Assembly (NCBI RefSeq): GCF_006345805.1 | Contig: NW_021823995.1 | Location: forward strand, 1 to 20,734 | Reading direction: 5' to 3' | Length of the DNA: 20,734 bases | From: Octopus sinensis | Taxonomy: Eukaryota | Shown: positions 1-9,570 of the stretch, piece by piece | Position numbering within the stretch: the stretch's first letter is position 1 | How the letters are laid out: each line of letters begins with the position of its first letter | The notes under the pieces: generated by a model | Told to the model about the DNA's origin: nothing | Database searches by the model: none | The model's input: the letters and a program-made list of their open reading frames with translations, nothing else | Position numbers and translations under genes: made by a program

Positions 1-122
1 CATATTCCTTTGACATGCATGTCGTGCCTGTTGTATGTCTCTCAGTTCCGCTTCCGCCTGGCAGTTGATAACTGATTAGTTTTACTCACTCACACAGAAA
101 AAGCCTACACCTTATATTAATA

Positions 123-681
123 TTGGCTTGTCCGGAAAGTTCGTGCCGAGTTTTAAAGGAAAGAAAAAGGTCAATAAATACTTGCCATTAAATTTTGAAT
201 CAACCAAATATGAACCATTTTGTTGCACAATGCGCCTTCATCTTTCCTTTAACTTAAAAATACCCTCTTCCCAAAGTTGAGGTGTTTTCATGGCAAAGAA
301 TTCATGAAGGTATCTTTTTACGTCATCCAAGGAATTGAAATTTTTACCATTAAGACTATTCTACGGAGACCTGAATAAGTGGAAATCCGAAGGAGTAATA
401 TCTGGTGAATATGGAGTAATGCATCCCAGCCGAGCTGCAGCAATTTTTGTCTGGTTCCCAAAGCATCAAATGCCGAAAATGAACTTTCTTATCTTCCATT
501 TTAAAGGGTTACAGAATTAACACAGGTTATAGGAACATAAACCTTCTTCCACGAAAAGATAGCTTAAACTGTGCTCTAAATGGGAGTGTAGTCAAATCCA
601 ATTTTATGAACTCAACCATGTTACAAAATAAGTCGAAATGTAAGCTACTATAAATCGGCACGAACTTTTCGGACGATCTAA
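123..681 (-). mobile_element. Internally deleted mariner transposon (mellifera-subfamily-like), 559 bp, both TIRs present
   Basis: Left end ttggcttgtccggaaagttcgtgccgagttt (from 123) matches the reverse complement of the right end (ttagatcgtccgaaaagttcgtgccgattt, ending at 681). TA flanks at 121-122 and 682-683. Transposase remnants lie inside. Confidence 0.92.
196..499 (-). pseudogene. Mariner transposase remnant: N-terminus fused to C-terminus
   Basis: Manual minus-strand translation gives MEDKKVHFRHLMLW (ATG at 499-497). It is joined to LGTRQKLLQLGWDALLH, then after a frameshift PYSPDITPSDFHLFRSP*NSLNGKNFNSLDDVKRYLHEFFAMKTPQLWEEGIFKLKER*RRIVQQNGSYLVD. This shows the YSPD(L/I) motif and mariner C-terminus, with stops and a frameshift. 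Confidence 0.92.
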
Positions 682-743
682 TACTTCATATTCATGTATC
701 ACATTTTACAAACCATCGCAGTAATAGCAACAGCTACCATTAA

Positions 744-837
744 ACACACACCACACACACACACACACGCACACACACAACACACACCACACACCACACA
801 CACACACACAACACACACACACACACACACACACACA
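744..837. repeat. (CA)n microsatellite
   Basis: Imperfect CA run visible directly. Confidence 0.97.
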
Positions 838-1190
838 GCTATTAACAAATTCTAACGCTCCAAACATAAAACAAAACAAAGCAAACGTAATAAAAAATAT
901 ACTGCAATACAATACCAACAGCTTAGAAACATCTCAAAGAACTGTAAAATGTTTATCGCCAGACAAAAACATTTACACTGTGATAGTTGACACTTTTTGG
1001 CAATCATAATACACAAGTATTAAAATCAATTATTACATTCCACTAAGACATGATAAGGAGAACTCTGTTGGAAGCCTCATAATATTCATAAAATTATAGA
1101 TCTAGTATGTAAATACTACAAATAGCTCTTGACAACTAATAGGAAATGACACAAGAAATAGAGACATTCAAATTATGAACCACTGACGCG

Positions 1191-1209
1191 AATAATAATG
1201 CTGATGATG

Positions 1210-1256
<47 letters not shown>
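1191..1256. repeat. (AAT)n microsatellite
   Basis: AAT run with a short GAT patch, abutting the 558-bp element. Confidence 0.95.
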
Positions 1257-1257
<1 letters not shown>

Positions 1258-1276
1258 GCCCGATGCAGTACTATGC

Positions 1277-1785
1277 TGCCTGATGCAGTACCAGGCAGTG
1301 GCTCTCATGGCTTCTGATCTTAACTGATTGGAAGTGTTATCATGTACATTGTTTCGTCTTGGTATAAAAGATGGGCTACAGCAATATTCTGCTCAATACC
1401 ACAGATTTGCTTGTCAGTTTTTGACCTTAACCAGTTGAGCATGTCCCTTAGTGGCTGACGATATGTGCATCTCTGATCATGAGCAGAAGTAGTGGGGGAG
1501 CATCATAGCCATGTGTTGAGAGGGATTCTTGCACTGATGCAGTACCAGGCAGTGGCTCTCATGGCTTCGGATCTTAACTGATTGGAAGTGTTATCATGTA
1601 CATTGTTTTGTCTTGGTATAAAAGATGGGCTACAGCAAATATTCTGCTCAATACCACAGATTTGCTTGTCAGTTGTTTGACCTTAACCAGTTGAGCATGT
1701 CCCTTAGTGGCTGACGATATGTGCATCTCTGATCACGAGCAGAAGTAGTGGGGGAGCATCATAGCCATGTGTTGAAAGGGATTCT
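1277..1785. repeat. Two extra tandem copies (~254 bp) of the left end of the 558-bp element
   Basis: Units start tgc(c/a)(c)tgatgcagtaccaggcagtggctctc at 1277, 1530 and 1786. Each ends ...gccatgtgttga(g/a)agggattct. Confidence 0.95.
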
Positions 1786-2343
1786 TGCCCTGATGCAGTA
1801 CCAGGCAGTGGCTCTCATGGCTTCGGATCTTAACTGATTGAAAGTGGTTATCATGTACATGTTTTGTCTTGGTATAAAAGATGGGCTACAGCAAATATTC
1901 TGCTCTCAATACCACAGATTTGCTTGTCAGTTGTTTGACCTTAACCAGTTGAGCATGTCCCTTAGTGGCTGACGATATGTGCATCTCTGATCACGAGCAA
2001 AGTAGTGGGGGAGCATCATAGCCATGTGTTGAGAGGGATTCTTTTTGGGGTTTGAATAGTTCACCTCTGGAAACATGGGTGGTTCTTTCAACATCCTTAA
2101 ACAACCCTTATTCAGGGACCGTTTGAGCGGGATGGGCTACTCAACCTGAAGAAAATTCTAACTGGGACCCCACCTGCAAGGTCATGTGCTGTTTATCTTG
2201 ATATGAGATCATCATGTCGCGCACATATGGTTGTGATGCATGTGCCTGGTGTACCTTTATCAGACGGGTAGTCATGATGGTATATTGGGCTTCGTATATT
2301 TTACCCCAGTGTCACTTTGATGGCATGAACTGCTCTCTCACTC
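1786..2343. mobile_element. Unclassified ~558-bp non-coding interspersed element associated with (AAT)n (copy 1)
   Basis: Aligns end to end with 2981-3520. Ends ...tgctctctcactc and runs directly into (AAT)n. No TIRs, no tRNA A/B boxes and no transposase or RT similarity recognised. Confidence 0.8.
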
Positions 2344-2715
2344 ATAATAATAATAATAATAATATTAATAATAATAGTAATAATAATAATAATGATAATA
2401 TATATAATAATAATAATAATAATGATATGATAATAATAATAATAATAATGATAATAATAATAATAATATATAATAATTTAATAATAATAGTAGATATAAT
2501 ATAATAATAATAATAATGATATTAATAATAATATATTAATATTAATAATGACGATATTAATAATAATAATAATGATAATAATAATAATAATAATAATAAT
2601 ATAATAATAATAATAATAATATAATATTATTATTATTATTATTATTAATATAATTATTATTATCATTATTATTATTATTAATTATACAAAACCACTTATT
2701 ATTATTATTAATAAT
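2344..2715. repeat. (AAT)n switching to (ATT)n at ~2625
   Basis: AAT-rich to ~2625, ATT-rich afterwards. Confidence 0.95.
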
Positions 2716-2980
2716 GCTGCCACATGATTTGTTTTGCTGGGAAATAACTAAATACACATGGACATGTTACACACAAAACATTATAATTGAATCAGCAGAG
2801 AATAGAGTGTAGGTTTTTCAGTCTTTCATGTTTTTCAACAAGTTTTAGTATCCAATCGTTGGTTGCTTCAAGGTATTTGGCCAGTCCGATTGTGGTGGTT
2901 TTGTATGTATGGAAAACACTCGGCGAGAAACGGAAGAAAATTTGAAGAAAGAAGGAAAAAAACATAATGATAATAATAAA

Positions 2981-3520
2981 TGCCCTGATGCAGTACCAGG
3001 CAGTGGCTGTCATGGCTTCTGATTTTAACTGATTGGAAGTGTTATTATGTACATTGTTTTGTCTTGGTATAAAAGATGGGCAAATATTCTGCTCAATACC
3101 ACAGATTTGCTTGTCAGTTGTTTGACCATAACCAGTTGAGCATGTCCCTTAGTGGCTGACGATATGTGCATCACTGATCACGAGCAGAAGTAGTGGGGGA
3201 ACATCATAGCCATGTGTTGAAAGGAATTATCTGGGATTTGGATAATTCACCTCTGGAAACATGGGTGTTTCGTTCAATATCCTTAAACAACCCTTATTCT
3301 GGGACATTTTGAGCGGGATGGGCAACTCGAGCTGAAGAAAATTCTAACTGGGCCCCACCTGCTAGGTCATGTGCTGTTTATCTTGATATGAGATCACCGT
3401 GTCGCGCACATATGGTTGTGATGCATGTGCCTGGTGTACCCTTATCAGACGGGTAGTCATGATGGGTATACTGGGCTTCGTACATTTTACCCCAGTGTCA
3501 CTTTGATGGCATGCACTGCT
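2981..3520. mobile_element. 558-bp element, copy 2 (lacks the last ~9 nt)
   Basis: Starts tgccctgatgcagtaccaggcagtgg after a short taataataaa and ends ...atggcatgcactgct. Colinear with copy 1. Confidence 0.85.
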
Positions 3521-3634
3521 TCGATGTTGCTTGAAACAGTACGTCCTCGAAGTCTCAATGAAGAGTCTTACCTTTGTTCACTGATTTTGGACAGGCAACA
3601 TTTTGCCACCGTTCGCAGCGAAGTCGCTGTTTAA

Positions 3635-3659
3635 ACAACAACACCACCAACAACAACGA

Positions 3660-3724
<65 letters not shown>

Positions 3725-3767
3725 GCAACAACAGCAGCAACAACAACAGCAACAACAACAACAACAA
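3635..3767. repeat. (CAA)/(CAG)n trinucleotide array
   Basis: Includes a perfect (CAG)17 at 3663-3713. Confidence 0.97.
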
Positions 3768-4205
3768 TTTCTAGTTTTTACACAAAACCATCAATTTTGA
3801 GGTGGGTAAGTAAGCAGGTCGATTACCTCGGTACATGTTCTTCACTGGTGCTTGTTTTAACAACAAAGGCAGTAAACGACTCAGGGATAAACTAAAAGCA
3901 ATCACAGGTACCGCATTTGGCTAACAGAATTAAACAAGAGTAATCTTCATACCTTATACTATACCTGCCCAGCGCTACTATAAACACCAACAAAGTACAA
4001 AGACCACAAAACCCTACTAAAGTGCCCTTCAAATAATTACATGTTGCACTTAAGTCACATTCAATGGCCACTTAAGACCACAGTTAGGCCAGACTACCTT
4101 TTACTTGGTTACATTTGGCCAATTTCTCTCTAATAAATCTATTTTTATGTTGTTATTGTTCTCCCATCGTCAACTTCTTCTTCTTCTTCGTTGCTATAGT
4201 TATTT

Positions 4206-4622
4206 CGATTTCTTTACTACCCACAAGGGGCTAAACAGAGAGGACAAACAAGGACAGACACACGGATTAAGTCGATTATATCGACCCCAGTGCGTAACTG
4301 GTACTTAATTTATCGACCCCGAATGGATGAAAGGCAAAGTCGACATCGGCGGAATTTGAACTCAGAACGTAACGGCAGACGAAATACCTATTTTCTATTT
4401 CTTTACTACCCACATGGGGCTAAACACAGAGAGGACAAACAAGGACAAACACACGGATTAAGTCGATTACTCCAGTTCTAAGTAGTACTTATTTAATCGA
4501 CCCCGAAAGGATGAAAGGCAAAGTCGACCTCGGCAGAATTTGAACTCAGAACGTAGCGGCAGACGAAATACCGCTAAGCATTTCGCCCGGCGTGCTAACG
4601 TTTCTGCCAGCTCACCACCTTA
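4206..4622 (-). mobile_element. tRNA-derived SINE type B (CORE-like), head-to-tail dimer with a 19-bp TSD
   Basis: Minus strand: head gagctggcagaaacgttagc, B box gagttcaaatt, core cctttcatcctttcggggtcgat. The second monomer restarts at ggtatttc (4388). TSD ttcgttgctatagttattt at 4187-4205 and 4623-4641. Confidence 0.92.
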
Positions 4623-4908
4623 TTCGTTGCTATAGTTATTTTAAGCCAAATGAGATCCTCTACATTATCATTCGATCATCTAGAAATAGCAGCCGAATCT
4701 TCAAATCACACTCTACCATCTTTGATAAAAAGACATAATGAATAAATTATATGCCAGGGTTTATGTTACATATGAAAAAAACAAATTTTTTTAAAAAAGC
4801 AAAAATAAAAAAATAACACGAGATGGCCATGGCTAGGAATGACTTGCAGTTAAATATCAACGTGAATACATTAGCAGCAGCAATAGCAAAAGGAACAGCA
4901 GCAGCAGT

Positions 4909-5290
4909 GGCGGTGCAATGGCCTAGTGGTTAGGGCAGCGGACTCGCGGTCGGAGGATCGCGGTTTCGATTCCCAGACCGGGTGTTGTGTGTGTTCATGA
5001 AAACACCAAAGAAGTTCCACGAAGCTCCCGCAGGGGATGGTGGCGACCCCTGTTGTACTCTTTCGCTCCAACTTTCTCTCACTCTCTTTCTTGTCCCCGA
5101 CTTCCTACGCAACCGCAGAGCCTGGATGCGCATTCATCCATCCGTCAATGCTCTCGGTGTCGGGAGTTGACCTGCTTTCTCTTCTGCGGGTCTTACGAAT
5201 AGCAAAGGACCACGTTTCGGACTTCTCCCACTGCAGACAATCCTGAGGCGCGATCTTGCGAGCTCTGGGACGAAGACCGCTTCGCTCAAC
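4909..5290 (+). mobile_element. tRNA-derived SINE type A, tail variant 2
   Basis: A box tggcctagtgg and B box ggtttcgattcc. Body shared with other type A copies up to caactttctctcactc, followed by a unique ~210-nt tail ending gaccgcttcgctcaac. Confidence 0.88.
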
Positions 5291-5438
5291 AAATCAACAA
5301 ACCACCAAACAAGCAGCAGCAGCAATAACAACAGCTGCAGCAGGAAAAACAATAACCAACAACAAAAAGGAACGAATATAACAACAGCTGCATTACAATC
5401 ACCAATAATTGCAACAACAATAGCTTTTTTTTTTTTAT

Positions 5439-5817
5439 GGAAGCACTCCGTCGGTTACGACGACGAGGGTTCCGGTTGATCCGAATCAACGGAACAGCCT
5501 GCTCGTGAAATTAACGTGTAGTGGCTGAGCACTCCACAGACACGTGTACCCTAACGTAGTTCTCGGGGTTATTCAGCGTGACACAGAGAGTGACAAGGCC
5601 GCCCTTTGAAATACAGGTACAACAGAAACGGGAAGTAAGAGTGAAAGAAAGTTGTGGTGAAAGAGTACAGCAGGGATCACCACCATCCCCTGCCGGAGCC
5701 TCGTGGAGCTTTAGGTGTTTTCGCTCAATAAACACTCACAACGCCCGGTCTGGGAATCGAAACCGCGATCCTATGACAGCGAGTCCGCTGCCCTAACCAC
5801 TGGGCCATTGCGCCTCC
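5439..5817 (-). mobile_element. tRNA-derived SINE type A, tail variant 1
   Basis: Reverse complement is nearly identical to 15525-15909. Poly-A tail appears as the T run at 5425-5436. Confidence 0.95.
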
Positions 5818-6654
5818 ACACGGCAACAATAGCAACAACAACCGCAACAACGACCCCCAATCATTTGACGAAGTTATTTTCACTAACAAACAACAGTTAT
5901 CGCTTGTCCTGTTGAATTTATACACTCTTAACCATGTCAGTTTATTCTACTCATTACTGCTCCAGTTCTAATCAATGAAAACGATTCAATGAATTCAGAA
6001 CCCTACACTAGAGTTAACTAGTATTTTCTCATGCTCCAAGCTAACTGAGATCTTCGTGACTTAAACGGCATTTAGCTTATCTCCCCGCTATCTCTTTTCC
6101 CGTCTTCTGTCTTCAGTCGTAGCAACTTGAGATCGTTGAATGTACGTTATTTATACGTTCCAGTATTAACTACAGTTTTAAGTAGATGCAGTTTTCGCTC
6201 CCTCTTCTCTTCAGTTCACAGATTCCACTTATACAGCAATTATCATCCCATTTCTACGTTTAAGCATCTCTTTATTCTCATTCCTTTTGTGTTATTTAAT
6301 AATCGCATCTGCATACACTTTCTTTCTCCCTTACATTTTATGAGTTCAAAGACCTAATCAACTTTACCATAGATAAGGGCAAATTGATATACCGGTTTCC
6401 GATATACTTGATCAATTCGTAATTTATCGAGAGTTTCAAGTATGTAGACATGATATAAGCTCTATACTTACAATGTATGTTCATAAGAAAGACAACATAT
6501 CTTTTTTATATTATAAATAGAACGCAAACTGAACGCTAAATAAACATGTAATAATCAACACTCAGCTCGCTTCAACAGCAAACTGTCTTTTCTTTCTTTC
6601 AGTATTAGTCTTATTTATCGGTTCATAAAACAATTATCATGTTTTTTTTTTTTT

Positions 6655-6912
6655 AAGGCGGCGAGCTGGACAATATGCTCAGGGTCATTTCTGCCGGGTT
6701 TAAGTTTCTGAGTTCGAATTCCGCTAAGGTCGACTTTGTCTTTCATTCTTTCGCTGTTGATGAAATACGCATCATTCAAGAATTGGAGTCGATGTGATTG
6801 ACTAGCTCCTCCCCACAAAACTTCGGGTATTGTGCCTCAAAGTCACAATACCTGAAGTTTGTACCCGAAGGCACAATACCTGAAATAACCTATAGAGAGG
6901 ATTATTATTATT
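6655..6912 (+). mobile_element. Degenerate SINE type B with a rearranged 3' end
   Basis: aaggcggcgagctgg head, gagttcgaattcc B box, gtcgactttgtctttcat core. Ends gagaggattattatt. Confidence 0.8.
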
Positions 6913-6921
6913 ATAATTACT

Positions 6922-7125
6922 AAGGGGTCGAGCTAGCAGAATCGTTAGCACGCAGAGCAAGATGCTTGGCGGCTTTATGTTCTGAGTTCAAAATTCCGCC
7001 GCGGTCGGCTTTACCTTTAATCCTTTCGGGGCCGATTAATTAAGTACCAGTGTTTCACTGGAGTCGATGTAATCGACTGGTCTCTTCCCCGCAAAATTTC
7101 AGGCCTTGTGCCTTCAGTAGAAAGG

Positions 7126-7167
<42 letters not shown>
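6922..7167 (+). mobile_element. SINE type B with an (ATT)n tail
   Basis: gagctagcagaatcgttagcacg head, B box and core, tail aaaatttcaggccttgtgccttcagtagaaagg, then (ATT)n at 7126-7167. Confidence 0.88.
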
Positions 7168-7169
<2 letters not shown>

Positions 7170-7325
7170 AACGGCGAGCAAGCAGAATTGTTAGCGCATC
7201 CGTCGCTACGTTCTGAGTTCAAATTCCACCGAGGTCGCCTTTGCTTTTCATCCTTTCGGGGGTCGATTAAATAAATATCAGTTACGCACTGGGGTCAATG
7301 TAATCGACTTACCCCCTCCCCGAAA
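7168..7325 (+). mobile_element. SINE type B, internally deleted and 3'-truncated
   Basis: cggcgagcaagcagaattgttagc...ttctgagttcaaattccaccgaggtcg...atcgacttaccccctcccc. Confidence 0.85.
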
Positions 7326-7327
7326 CA

Positions 7328-7374
7328 CAGCTAAGCATTTCGCCCGGCGTGCTAACGTTTCTGTCAGCTCGCCG
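7328..7374 (-). mobile_element. SINE type B head fragment, inverted
   Basis: Reverse complement reads ggcgagctgacagaaacgttagcacgccgggcgaaatgcttagc. Confidence 0.85.
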
Positions 7375-7603
7375 ACTTTCGAAGTAAACTTATTGACAAC
7401 TGAGCAATGCCTACTTTTCCAAAATATATTTAACCCTACAAAAATTTCCATTCTTTTCTTATTCCCTCAAATATGCACATACAATACACGCAGTGGACTT
7501 ACACTCAACACTAGCGAAATTATAAATTCTCTGATAGTGTTCTGTTTCCTCTCTGACCTTGTGGCCTCTGACCAAATATCGCTATTAGTACATTATGTTA
7601 CTA

Positions 7604-7823
7604 AAGGCGGCGATCTGGCAGAGTCATTAGCACGCCGGACAACGTACTTGATTGTATTTTGCCTGTCTTTACGTTCAGTGTTCGAATTCCGCTTAGGTCG
7701 ACTTTTGCCTTTCATCTTTTCCCGGTCGTTCATATAAGTACCAGTTGAACATAGGGGTCTGTGTAATTCACTTACATTCACCACAATCTTGCTGGCCTTG
7801 TACCAAAAATATGGAACCATTAT
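7604..7823 (+). mobile_element. Degenerate SINE type B
   Basis: aaggcggcgatctggcagagtcattagcacgccgg head, ttcgaattcc B box, tail ...gctggccttgtaccaaaa. Confidence 0.78.
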
Positions 7824-7965
7824 ATCGGAGAGACTACATGGGCAAGAGAAATGAAACTTAGGCTTTTGAACATAAGTTTTTTCTACAGATTTCCAACGAA
7901 AAGTTCTGTGAGATGATAATTTTATAATGTTCCGAAGTTATCACGGTTCTTTGAGATGAGTCTCT

Positions 7966-8658
7966 TTTGGTGAGTCTCTTTCGTGTTCAATTGTGTTATG
8001 TGGATTTTCTTCGCCCCAAATGTAAACATTTTGCTTGTTCACTTTGCCAATCGTATGGAATGTGGTCTCGTCACTGAAAACAAAATGATCTTCAAAGTCG
8101 TCATATCTTCACAGAAGGTTTTACGATTTTGCTTGTCAGCCGGCTTTAAAGTCTGCACAAGCTGAAGCTCGTAAGGGTCAGCCGCAAACGTTTTCTTATG
8201 ACACGTCAATCAGTTTACTTGGGAATCCTGGTTTCCAGGTTTGCTCTTTGCACAGATTACTTTGGACTCCAACTGAGCGTTTCCCGAACTTTGTTCACCG
8301 TCATTTCTGAAACTGCTGCACGTCCAGATCCTGTTTTCTGACACAAACAACCTTCCTTTTGAAACTTCTTATTCCACGTTCAAATCTGCTTCCCTGTTAG
8401 AGCTTGTTTATGAAATCTTCTAACAAATACACGTTGCACGTTCACATTTGACGGAGTTTGGGCGTACTTCTATACACAGTATGCCTCTTCTGTTGCAGTA
8501 AACGGCAAGTCTAATCCCGAAAAGAAAAAACTTACGAAAGATCATATTTTAAAAATGTATTGAATTCTAGACATACTGCTAAAATTTAAGACAATTTAGA
8601 CGAAAATTGTTCCCGTTACTAGGTGATGAAATGATGTCAAACTTTTGGGGATACCCTG
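7966..8658 (-). mobile_element. Tc1/mariner-superfamily relic, 5' half (rosa/DD41D-like)
   Basis: Terminus cagggtatccccaaaagt on the minus strand, next to TA (8659-8660). Translation of 8508-7966 gives ...VNVQRVFVRRF...TWNKKFQKEGCLC..GSGR...SPK*SVQRA...RVIRKRLRL..YELQLVQTLKPADKQNRKTFC...FVFSDETTFHTIGKVNKQNVYIWGEENPHNTIEHERDSPK. This covers the HTH region and first catalytic Asp, with several stops. Subgroup assignment is from motif recall. Confidence 0.85.
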
Positions 8659-8666
8659 TATATATT

Positions 8667-8830
8667 AAAGGAGGTGACGTGGCAGAATTGTTGGCGTGAC
8701 GGACAAATTGCTAAGCGGTATTTTGTCTGTCTTTAGGTTCTGAGTTCAAATTCCGCTGAGGTCAACTTTGACTTTCATATTTTCGGGATCGATGAAACAA
8801 GAACGAGGTCGAAGTACCATTAAGCACTAT
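8667..8830 (+). mobile_element. Degenerate SINE type B
   Basis: gtggcagaattgttggcg...ttctgagttcaaattccgctgaggtcaactttg. Confidence 0.78.
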
Positions 8831-8871
8831 GACTTTATGTCCATAGACAAAAAGGATTTTTGTAAATATTA

Positions 8872-8945
8872 AGTGCAGATATGGCTGTATGGTTTGAAAC
8901 TAAGTAGTTTGGGGTTCCATTTCACTTTGTGGTATTTTAGATAAC
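8872..8945 (+). mobile_element. Highly degenerate SINE type C head
   Basis: atggctgtatggtt...gggttccatttcactttgtggtatttta resembles 11318-11400. Confidence 0.5.
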
Positions 8946-9072
8946 CCTTTTAAGGTGTACTTGTAGGGGTTCTTTTTAATGAATGTAATTTCTATATATT
9001 CGTATTTAGATGTAGGTATAATACATATAAAAATAATGGAGATTAAATTTATGAGTTTGGGTAAATAATCAA

Positions 9073-9256
9073 CGGCATTTCTTCCGGCTATTTACATTCT
9101 GAGTTCAAATTCCGCCGAGGTCAACTTTGTCTGTCATCCTTCTGGGGCCGATGAAATAAGAACGAGGTCAAACCCTAGGTGTGATGTAATCTCCATCAGC
9201 TCCCACCCGCAAAATTTGAGGCCTTGTGCTTATTGCAGAAAAAAAAAAAAAAAAAA
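9073..9256 (+). mobile_element. 5'-truncated SINE type B with a poly-A tail
   Basis: B box and core, then aaaatttgaggccttgtgc, then an A run to 9256. Shares the variant gatgaaa(c/t)aagaacgaggtc with the 8667 copy. Confidence 0.8.
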
Positions 9257-9505
9257 TCATACCCAATCAACCACATAGATGCGGTGGTTTTAGCTCAGAC
9301 TCATCACCAGGTAAATCATATATTTTCTGATAGTGTCTTGTTTCATCTCTGATCTCTTGACCTTTGACCAAACATCGCTATTACTAAATATATTTTCTGA
9401 CTGAAAAGAGGTCAAAGTACCTTTTACAAGGGTGAAATCAATAATTTGAATTATTTAGTGTCATAGCAGAAAGAAGTTAGAATAGATAAAGAATCTGATA
9501 GTGAT

Positions 9506-9509
<4 letters not shown>

Positions 9510-9570
<61 letters not shown>
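9510..9570. repeat. (TG)n microsatellite
   Basis: Visible directly. Confidence 0.97.

Noticed and set aside
335-520. 61-aa plus-strand ORF
   Set aside because: It is the antisense shadow of the mariner transposase remnant.
1455-1470. CTGACGA in the 558-bp element as a hammerhead core
   Set aside because: No stem II followed by GAAA occurs downstream in any copy.
3574-3811. Poly-Q ORF with a nearby acceptor-like ttttggacag (~3594) and donor GG|GTAAGT (3806)
   Set aside because: All three frames contain a stop between the putative splice sites, so it cannot be an internal coding exon. A non-coding exon cannot be assessed without RNA data.
3818-4860. Very degenerate SINE-like scraps at ~3818-3880 and ~4660-4860 (also ~9895-9935)
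   Set aside because: Resemblance is only by eye over short stretches, and the boundaries and family cannot be supported without alignment.
5415-5833. caacaatagc as the TSD of the 5439-5817 SINE
   Set aside because: The right copy is offset by 6 nt and the site is a CAA-rich tract where such matches are expected.
6190-6215. Minus-strand CTGAAGA...GAAA as a hammerhead
   Set aside because: The intervening gaagagggagc cannot form stem II and there is no stem III.
7957-7981. 11-bp direct repeat tgagtctcttt where transposase similarity ends
   Set aside because: It is compatible with a repair scar, but it is not a TSD, and the adjoining 7855-7956 sequence could not be assigned to the element's other end.
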